A stretch of 63,796 nt of DNA, the filler included, from Welwitschia mirabilis (lineage: Eukaryota), in the NCBI GenBank assembly GCA_051453625.1. It is 6 parts of one record of this genome, joined end to end, with 100 filler letters (N's around TTAATTAATTAA, not from the genome) between each part and the next. Parts side by side here need not be neighbours in the genome. Positions count along the whole stretch, not along the records: positions 48,290 to 56,338 come from JBOZIK010000001.1; positions 56,439 to 62,673 come from JBOZIK010000001.1; positions 62,774 to 63,796 come from JBOZIK010000001.1; 3 more parts are not named here. One strand, given 5' to 3'. The notes under the pieces were generated by a model, which was not told the DNA's origin, made no database searches, and was given only the letters and a program-made list of their open reading frames with translations. A program made the translations under genes and the position numbers. Shown here piece by piece: positions 54,714-63,796 of this stretch (its first letter is position 1; each line of letters opens with the position of its first letter).

Positions 54714-55631
54714 NNNNNNNNNNNNNNNNNNNNNNNNNNNNNNNNNNNNNNNNNNNNNNNNNNNNNNNNNNNNNNNNNNNNNNNNNNNNNNNNNNNNNNN
54801 NNNNNNNNNNNNNNNNNNNNNNNNNNNNNNNNNNNNNNNNNNNNNNNNNNNNNNNNNNNNNNNNNNNNNNNNNNNNNNNNNNNNNNNNNNNNNNNNNNNN
54901 NNNNNNNNNNNNNNNNNNNNNNNNNNNNNNNNNNNNNNNNNNNNNNNNNNNNNNNNNNNNNNNNNNNNNNNNNNNNNNNNNNNNNNNNNNNNNNNNNNNN
55001 NNNNNNNNNNNNNNNNNNNNNNNNNNNNNNNNNNNNNNNNNNNNNNNNNNNNNNNNNNNNNNNNNNNNNNNNNNNNNNNNNNNNNNNNNNNNNNNNNNNN
55101 NNNNNNNNNNNNNNNNNNNNNNNNNNNNNNNNNNNNNNNNNNNNNNNNNNNNNNNNNNNNNNNNNNNNNNNNNNNNNNNNNNNNCTTAACTGCTTGAGCA
55201 TCACAGGAATTAAATGGGTAAAAAATTGGAATTATATAAGCAAATCATCTAAATTCTCTCTTAGCTTTTTCCTTTGAAAAATTATTATGGCATTACTTAA
55301 TCATTTTTTAAACTCAACTTATATATTTGTTTCCATGAGTAGTCTTTTAACTTAGGCATTTTAGTGGTAAGATCTTAGGACATTTACAAGTCCATAATCT
55401 TCAATTGAAGGAAGATGCTTTATTTTGATGTTTTTCTCAATGGTAAAAAGGTCTTAGATTATTTAAGGATGTTCTTTTCTATCTTAATCTTACAACTTTT
55501 ACCTTTGTCTTTTGGAATGTTTGGTCATGTGGAATGTTGTTTCTTTAAAAAAAAAAAGGTGAAATAAAGACCATGATATTTTTTATATCTAAAAAAAAAA
55601 AAAAAGTTAACATAATGTCCTACTATAAGTA

Positions 55632-56230
55632 CACTAGGNNNNNNNNNNNNNNNNNNNNNNNNNNNNNNNNNNNNNNNNNNNNNNNNNNNNNNNNNNNNNN
55701 NNNNNNNNNNNNNNNNNNNNNNNNNNNNNNNNNNNNNNNNNNNNNNNNNNNNNNNNNNNNNNNNNNNNNNNNNNNNNNNNNNNNNNNNNNNNNNNNNNNN
55801 NNNNNNNNNNNNNNNNNNNNNNNNNNNNNNNNNNNNNNNNNNNNNNNNNNNNNNNNNNNNNNNNNNNNNNNNNNNNNNNNNNNNNNNNNNNNNNNNNNNN
55901 NNNNNNNNNNNNNNNNNNNNNNNNNNNNNNNNNNNNNNNNNNNNNNNNNNNNNNNNNNNNNNNNNNNNNNNNNNNNNNNNNNNNNNNNNNNNNNNNNNNN
56001 NNNNNNNNNNNNNNNNNNNNNNNNNNNNNNNNNNNNNNNNNNNNNNNNNNNNNNNNNNNNNNNNNNNNNNNNTTAAAAGCCTTCTAAGGCGATTTAATAA
56101 AAATGCCTTAAAAGGCCTTTTGAGGCATTTTTTAAAGAAACGGCGTAAAAGGCCTTTTGAGGCACTTATTGCTATAAATGCCGTAAAATCCATTTCGAGG
56201 AATTTTATCAAATAAATGCCTAAAAAGACA
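55632..56230 (+). mobile_element. Probable CACTA (En/Spm) transposon end
   Basis: CACTAGG at 55632 just before a gap; after the gap, direct and inverted aaatgcc(t)taaaa / ttttgaggcattt units typical of CACTA subterminal repeats. Confidence 0.6.
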
Positions 56231-56338
56231 TCACCTGGGAAAAAATAAATGGCTAATTGTTATTTTCAAAAAGAATATATGGCTAGAAATTGAAGCCAAT
56301 AATCAGCAAAAGATCATTAAACAAAACTAGATTAGAGG

Positions 56339-56438
56339 NNNNNNNNNNNNNNNNNNNNNNNNNNNNNNNNNNNNNNNNNNNNTTAATTAATTAANNNNNN
56401 NNNNNNNNNNNNNNNNNNNNNNNNNNNNNNNNNNNNNN
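56339..56438. other. Artificial scaffold linker
   Basis: 44 N + TTAATTAATTAA + 44 N. Confidence 0.97.
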
Positions 56439-56752
56439 ACAAAACAACTCAAAATACCTTATCAAATACACTTAAGTGAGTGTCACAATAGTCAGCATGT
56501 AGATGGCATGGTTATCCATACTGTCATCTGAATGATGAGGTGAATGATGGCAATGTTTGCAAGAAGCTATCATCATAAATACAAAGTATTCATATTTGCT
56601 CAGAATTTTTGTGAATTATTATGGAGATTGCATATTTTCATCCTTTTCATCCTAGCTCTCCATTATCATATAAACTAAGCATTTACCTATCTATTTACCT
56701 ACAAAATAGCTCAGAACACCTTATTAAATATGCATAAGTTGACAGTGCAATA
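56439..56752 (-). repeat. Two stacked Athila-like LTR termini (ending at 56487 and 56752)
   Basis: Both carry the aaa(c/t)a(a/g)ctca(a/g)aa...ccttat(c/t)aaata terminal block seen at 50-96. Confidence 0.7.
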
Positions 56753-56769
56753 ATTTACATTACATTATT

Positions 56770-57930
56770 ATTGATTAGGCCCTACACAAGATATTCTAGA
56801 TAGATTAAGGTAAAGTCTGAGTAGTCAGAGTAAGAGGTTGGCCTAATAGTATTATCTGTTATTGCACGTGTAGAGTTCATGCATCCTCCACCTCGCTAGA
56901 ATCAATCACTTTCTATACAGACTACTTCTATCCATGTAGAGAGATACTTTGAAGATATCATGAGTAGAATTGAGCTAGAGGTAGATCATATGTTAACATA
57001 TTTATAGCTTAGATGGATAGTGGATGTACATGGATTATATTATGAATTCAAGATAAGAGAGTTCTACAATATGACATACATTAAGTAGAGATTTGATGCT
57101 CATGACCATCTGATTAATATGATTATAACTATGATTTGTGGCTATGAGATATCTACACTCATGAGTTACATTGTCACAATTAATGAGTTTGTGGCATTGG
57201 GAGCACTTATATTCACTCAACTAGAGATACAAAGGATTACCATGCTTATGGCATAGCATTAGATATACTAGTTAATGTTACTAGAGATAGGCAGGGAGTT
57301 TTGGTCACGCACTTGCCATTTGCCTATTGAATTTTGCACAGAGGATTAATTCATAATATTATCTATCCTTCCATGATAGTCATGTGATGGTGATCCATCT
57401 TTAGATGTTAGCAGTGTTCAGATAGGAGAAGCAAATGGACTCATTGACTTTCATTTGAAGGAGACTCAAGGCTAGGATAGAGGCTCATCATATTTATACT
57501 TTAGGATAGTTGTGCCTCCTCTCAACTATCTTTAGACATTTTGATACACCTCAGTGTAGGGATGAGGGGTAGCTTACACATCTTCAGACAGTAGCTCACT
57601 ATCTATAGGACATGATCATATAGGTTTTAAAAGAGGTAGAGAAACCTTAGGTATGGAGACTTATAGTTAGTATTACTCTTGAGTAGATACAATCTCTCCT
57701 GGTAGACATAGTATAGGGCCTATAAGATATCATGGACTGAGGCTTTACTAAACTATAACAGAGAATATCCATTATTGAAAGCAGAGTTTAGCACACAGAG
57801 GAGTAGCTGATAGATATGCATGATCATGGATTATGCATTGAGTATGGTATTATAGTAGACATCCCAAAGGCTATTTGAGTGCAGGTAGTTGATATTACAT
57901 GATCCATTATGATAGTTATTAAACATCATT
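56770..57930 (+). pseudogene. Third copy of the Athila-like accessory ORF
   Basis: Homologous to 15855-17030, for example ttccatgatagtca and gaaggagactcaag. Confidence 0.75.
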
Positions 57931-58527
57931 TCCCTATAGATCCTAAGCATCCTTCATCTTCTTCACCTACATATGAGCCTACTACGCATCAGGAATTTAT
58001 TTGCGCACAATAAGGGGAGTGACTTTATTATATTGTATTATGTATCTTTCCTCTGTGAATTATACTAAAAAACTCATCTTTATATAGATATATCATTTTT
58101 TGAGTATTATTATGATGTACACTTTTATTTTTAAAATATTATGCACATCATTTATATATTATTAAGACATTTCATAATGATGAGTTTCTATGTTATACAT
58201 AATTATTTTATGATATGCTACACATCTGACTGGGGGGCTGTTAATTTTTAAAGGATTTTAATGTTTATCTTTCTAAAAATTTTTTAGAAGCTTCTATTTC
58301 TAAAGAATATTTTTTCAGCCTGTCATCCCCTCCATTATCTAGAGGATGACCAAAATGATAGTATGTCCACTTACTTAGTAGAGGTAAAACATTTAGTTAT
58401 CTATTTTTGACATTTCTTTCCTACATGATAATATTTTTGAGTTTATTTTATAGTTCCCTAGTTGATTTATCTTTAGTCAATTTGGCTTGTAGTCATGGTT
58501 GTTCACCTAGTTTTATCAAGAATTGAC

Positions 58528-59379
58528 AAGACTAAATGGAGGGCTATGTTATGCTACCAAATTATATGTATTTGATAGGGTATTTTAAATAGTTTCATAG
58601 GTATTATATAGGATTATGTTGAGTTTTGATATTAATGGAGAGCTAAAGCAAATAACATGAAAATACGTAATCCTCATTTCATTTGATAGCATTAAAGTTC
58701 AATTGTAATACTTCCTATTTAAAGCAAAAATCTTGTAATCAAAGAGACTGATATAATACAAGAAGCATCTTTATAAAGCCCATCATCCACTTTACTATCT
58801 GGATGATAGTATAAACAATAGAAGAAATCATGCTGACTAGGATGCTTACTAGACTAATCTAGTAGCTGATGTGGATCCTATATGATGTGGCATCATCTCT
58901 TATGAGTTTGAACAACTAGTAAGATAACACCTAAAAATAACCATTCATCAAACTTTACTGAAATTTTGCCATGTATTATATGTTTCTTGCATGGCTGTTA
59001 GGGTTTTACCACATTTGTTAGTATTTGCTATTTTTAAAGTCTTTGTCTGTAATAAATATCTCCCTCATCCTTAACTCTGAATTTATCTTCTTTAACATCA
59101 GAAATTCTTGTGATAGGAGATCAAAAAAAAGGATATCCATCCTTGTAATTGCAAAGAGACATCTTCCTTGGTGTTGGGCTATATACCTTTAATTAAGATA
59201 TTATTTCTTTATAACATGGGTATTGGTTTGAATTAATCAAAAGTTTATTTTCCTTGTTATATCTTTTGTTATGTGCATCTAACTCATGGTTTATGTCCTT
59301 TATGATTCCATGACAGCTTCATCTATGATATAAATCATGATGATGATCTTTATTAAGGTTAATACTAGTAGTTTAGATG
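58528..59379 (+). repeat. PPT and 3' LTR (from 58547), interrupted at 59380
   Basis: aagactaaatggagggcta followed by TGTTATGCTACCAA; colinear with 59857-60620. Confidence 0.8.
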
Positions 59380-59756
59380 TGTTGCAGTGCGAATTTATGC
59401 AATGTTTCATGTCTTGATTTAAATCCTGTTAATTACAAATAAGATGCACAAATACAACACTCTAGTATAGTCGGAGTAATCCAAATGTCGTAATTCCATC
59501 GAACGCCAATGATATGGATAATAAAGAATTAATTTCAAAAAAAAAATATGTAAACCTAATTTACTGGAATAAATTGGAATGCATGAAATGGAACTAGTGA
59601 TGCAAAACTAATCTATGAAAAGAAATAGCGATGCACGTAATCTAATCAAGATTAACCTTAACAAAGGCTACCCTCATAATCTATATAATTAAAGAAACCT
59701 GTTACGAATCTTAAACAACATAAACTATGAGTGATAAGTTCCTGCAATTATTGATA
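59380..59756 (-). repeat. Athila-like LTR inserted in opposite orientation inside an LTR
   Basis: Starts tgttgcagtgc; aaatacaacactctagtata...caaatgtcgtaa block as at 7500. Confidence 0.75.
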
Positions 59757-59856
59757 NNNNNNNNNNNNNNNNNNNNNNNNNNNNNNNNNNNNNNNNNNNN
59801 NNNNNNNNNNNNNNNNNNNNNNNNNNNNNNNNNNNNNNNNNNNNNNNNNNNNNNNN

Positions 59857-61059
59857 TTATGCTGAGTTTTGACAATAATGAAGAGCTAAGATTAGATAAT
59901 ATAAAAACATGCAATCTTTATTACATTTGACAGCATTTCAAACAAATTATAATACTTTCTAACTGAATCAAAAATACTATAATCAAAGAGGCTGATATGA
60001 CATAATAAATAACTTTAAGAAGCCCATCATCTACCTTATCATTTGAATGACAGAATGGATAACAGATCAAATTCTGCTAACTAGGATGCTTACTAGACCA
60101 AACTAATAGATGATGTGGATACTATATGATATGGCATCATCTCCTATGAGATCTAAATGACCACAAGGTAATACTTAAAAATAACTATTTACCAACCTCC
60201 ACCAAACTTTTTCCATATGTTATGTGCTTTCTTGTGTGCCAATTAGGGTTTTACTCTGTCTATTAGGGTTTGCTATTTTTAGAGTCTTGTTTGTAAATAA
60301 ATACCTTCTTTGTCTTTGGCTTTGACTTTATCTTCTTTGGAAATAAAACTTCTTGTGATACTAGATATAAAGATAGGAGATCCATCCATTATTGTTGTAA
60401 AGAAATATCTTCCTTGGTGTTGGGTTGTCTATCCTTCATTAAGGTGTTGCTACTTTATAACATGAATGTTAGTTCAAGTATAATCAAAAGTCTATTTTTC
60501 CTCTTATATCTTTTGTTATGTACATATTTCTTATGATTTATGTTAGTTATGATTCTATGGTATCTTTATTTATGATATAGATCATAAGAACAACCTTTGT
60601 TAAGGTTGAAATCGTTAGAGTAGTTACATTTCAATTTCCATTTCATAGATTAACATTGTATGTTTTCATATTCTGTTTAATGTACCTAATAGCTTAGATT
60701 GATTAGGATTTAGTAAAAATTTTCCTGAATTGATATAATATTATATAAGGCTAACTCTGTAATAGGTTAATTTTTTAATCGAATAAATATTACATTTAGA
60801 ATAGCTTTGCATTTCATTTGCATAGTGTATTTTCTTTACATTGTTTTTATATTGTTATTTATTTTTGTTCTACTTAAAAGAAAATACAAAAATATTTCAT
60901 TGCAATTAATCCTCTTTCTTCTCACTTGTGCCTTTGATGAATTATAACATTTGGGTTCACTCCCATCTATATTAGTGTGTTGTATTTTGCAATATATATT
61001 TTTGTGATTTTCAAGATTTGCTTAAGTATGTAACATTTACACAAATGCATACTACAACA
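59857..61059 (+). repeat. Athila-like LTR, start lost in a gap
   Basis: Homologous to 58610-59379; ends catactacaaca with no PBS after it. Confidence 0.8.
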
Positions 61060-62135
61060 TGAGCCTTTTCATTACTCCATCTAATTTCAAAGTTAAATCT
61101 TTTATTAATAAATTGATAATAATGTAAAGTTCCAAATTAGGAAAATACATTACTAATATGACATTAGTTTACTATGCCCAAACTTATTACAGAAATAACA
61201 TATGAGAAATTCCTTATTTTTCTTGCTAAATTCAACATTTTGAGAGTAAGGTTCAACATCATCTAATCTAAGATTTGGATACATTAATCCCTTATCCTTA
61301 GAAGGTTGAGAAGCTATGCTAGATGAGGCTAGCACAAAGGTAGAGGAGAGAGGTGCAAGATATCCAAGGTCACTCTTGTTACTAGGTGTTCATTGCTTGT
61401 AGAACGTAGATTTGAATGACATGTTACCTATGGAAAAGTTTAATATAATTTTATTTAGGTCATTAATTTTAGAAAATAGACACTTACATTTCCTTTTTCT
61501 TACTTTATCAAGATCTTGAAAGTAACAAATTTTTTTCTTAAATTATGTCTTTTGGAGTCCCAAGTTCTTTCTTATAATTTTTAAATCAGAAGTTAGTTGT
61601 CCCTTTTCCTATTTACATAGAGCTATGCTCTTTTTCAACAGAGTATTATCTTTAAGAATTCTTTTTATTTCTTCCAATAGCTTTTTGTAGGCATCCATCA
61701 GTCTTTCATGATCCTTCTTATCATCATTCTCAACATCTCTTATTCCTTGCTCAAGAGATATAGGTTCATCCTCTTCAATGTTTGAGAACCAATCTTCTTC
61801 ATTGTTACTTTATACTTTATCTTCACTATTTAAAATGTCTTCAAAGTATAATTCATAGAGGTCAGATAAATCTAATTCAAAACCATCGTTTATCTTAGTG
61901 ATAAAAGCCAAGTTAGAAGAGTTGAAATCCATGAGGGATACCTTTTGTTATCATGAGAGTCTTCTTTATCTGATTCATCACTGTCCCAAGTAACCATGTT
62001 GCATTTATCTTTAAAGTCCTTTGATGCCTTATTCTTCTTGTTATTTGGACACTTAGCTATCATGTGTTTAAACCCTTTACACACATAGCATTGGGTTTCT
62101 TTTTCTCTAGACTTGCCCTTTTATTATAACTTACA
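61060..62135 (-). pseudogene. SIRE-like copia gag C-terminal fragment with two zinc knuckles
   Basis: QCYVCKGFKHMIAKCP near 62070; acidic WDSDESD; coiled-coil stretch; KSDLGY; CYFCNKFGH near 61180. Confidence 0.8.
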
Positions 62136-62673
62136 TTTTGTAAGCCTTAATTAATAGAGTTTCTAAACTATGTAATACATTTCAATATCAATTTTAATGA
62201 AAATCCCTTTTTATTCTTAGTAAAAATTTATGTGTAGCCCTATAATTAATAATGTATTGTATGTCACACATTATAGATACTCATAAGGTTACTTAATTAT
62301 TTAATTTTAGTTTTGGACAATTTATTATTTCTTATAATAATGATTATAAGAATTTTAATACTAAATAAACCTATTTATAATTAGCTAAGTCATTTTCCAT
62401 GGTTAAATAGTTAAATAAAAAAAATCCATATAAAGATGTAAAATAATATCTATGAAAAAAAGGGCATATGGCATATTTATTTTAATCGTTTATTCATGTT
62501 GCTTATTCAAGTTTTAAAAGAAACTAAAATTATTTCGTAAAAGGAAAAGAATAATAAGTAAGAGCACTATGTTTAACTATGATAATTTTTTACATTCAAT
62601 TATGACATTTTTCTTACATTTAATTATGGCATTCCTTTCTTGTTATTTGTGTTGTTGATATGATGGATCATGA

Positions 62674-62773
62674 NNNNNNNNNNNNNNNNNNNNNNNNNNN
62701 NNNNNNNNNNNNNNNNNTTAATTAATTAANNNNNNNNNNNNNNNNNNNNNNNNNNNNNNNNNNNNNNNNNNNN
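62674..62773. other. Artificial scaffold linker
   Basis: 44 N + TTAATTAATTAA + 44 N. Confidence 0.97.
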
Positions 62774-63796
62774 ACTCTAGCATTAAAGAGTAGAACATAC
62801 TGGCTAGGTTGAAAGTCTTTATGCACAAGGTTTTTATCATGTCCATATTTAGCTTGAGCTTTGACTATAAGTTGGCGATAGAGAGCTTGAGTTCTCCTTT
62901 CATTAAGGTAATTCAATTGGGTTAATCTTTCTTGAAGATTGTCAGTATAAGAAACAAGGTCAAGTTGATGGGCTGTTTTATAAGAATTATAGCACACATC
63001 AACTGGAAGCACATAAGTTTTCCCATAGATAAGTTCATAAAAAGAGAAACCTAAAGAATTACACTAAGTCATACAATAAGCTTAAAGGAAATCATTAAGA
63101 TGAAGTATCCATGATTTCCAAGATTTATAACAGAGTTTGAAAAGTACTTTTTTAATCTCACGATTAGCATTTTCAGCTTACCCATTTGATTAGGGATGGT
63201 AAAAGTTAGCTATTCTATGTTTAATCCCAACTAAAAGTAAGAGTTTCCTAAGGATATTATTAATAAAGTAAGTACCTTGGTCAAAAATAAGGATCCTAGA
63301 AAATCCAAATCTTTGTAAGATGTTTAATCTAAGAAATTAGAAAACAGTTTTAGCATCACAAGTCTATGTAGGAATAGCTTCAATCCATTTCATTACATAA
63401 TCAACTACTATTAAAATATAATGTTTTTCACATGAAGGGAGTTTAAGAGGTCTCACAAAGTCTATACCCCAATAATCAAAAGATTCACATTCAAAGATAG
63501 GTATAAGAGGCACATCATAAGTTCGAGTAAGAGCTCTAGATCGTTAACAAGAATCACATTTCCTAGCAAAGTTAAAGGCATTTTTGAATACAGAGGGCCA
63601 ACAGAATTCTGAATGTAAGATTTTTATAGCAGTCTTTTGACCACTAAAATGACCACTATAGACTCCACCATGACAAAGAAGAAGAATGTCTTTTTGCTCC
63701 CATTTGGGAACACATTTGTGCATGATTTGATCTTTGCATCACCTATATAGATGAGGTTCAATCCATTCATAATCACCTATCCTATGGAGGAAAGAT
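62774..63796 (-). pseudogene. Ty3/gypsy (Athila-like) integrase, decayed
   Basis: HHCC domain CHGGVYSGHFSG...ARKCDSC; FDYWGIDFV; VDYVMKWIEAI; FDQGTYF; YHP*SNG*AENANREIK. Confidence 0.92.

Noticed and set aside
43961-56211. Long ORFs made mostly of X
   Set aside because: Artefacts of translating N runs.
56074-56230. Palindromic repeats as a CRISPR array
   Set aside because: No constant repeat with unique spacers, no cas genes, eukaryotic context; CACTA subterminal repeats fit better.

Overview
Very AT-rich, CpG-depleted plant repeat DNA with no intact host gene, RNA gene or CRISPR array. It is a draft assembly: five artificial 100-bp linkers (44 N + TTAATTAATTAA + 44 N) split it into six pieces whose adjacency is unverified, and many 100-N gaps have duplicated flanks. 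Most of the sequence is old, nested, decayed LTR retrotransposons. These are several Athila-like Ty3/gypsy elements (protease-RT-RNaseH-integrase order, tRNA-Asp-type PBS, a 3' accessory env-like ORF), pol-less derivatives of them, and one SIRE/Sirevirus-type Ty1/copia element with its own accessory ORF, plus copia fragments and a probable CACTA end. Best leads: (1) a 1.8-kb short-LTR element (27555-29329) with a target-site duplication, in which a CpG-rich host-like fragment resembling an F-box/RNI-type LRR gene replaces the end of the 5' LTR and the PBS; (2) the gypsy and copia accessory ORFs share protein motifs, and each element type has its own array of a short CpG-containing motif in the LTR and upstream of that ORF, a possible protein-plus-motif system; (3) an unidentified coding block shared by two pol-less elements. 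Coordinates and alignments were read by eye and may be off by a few bases.
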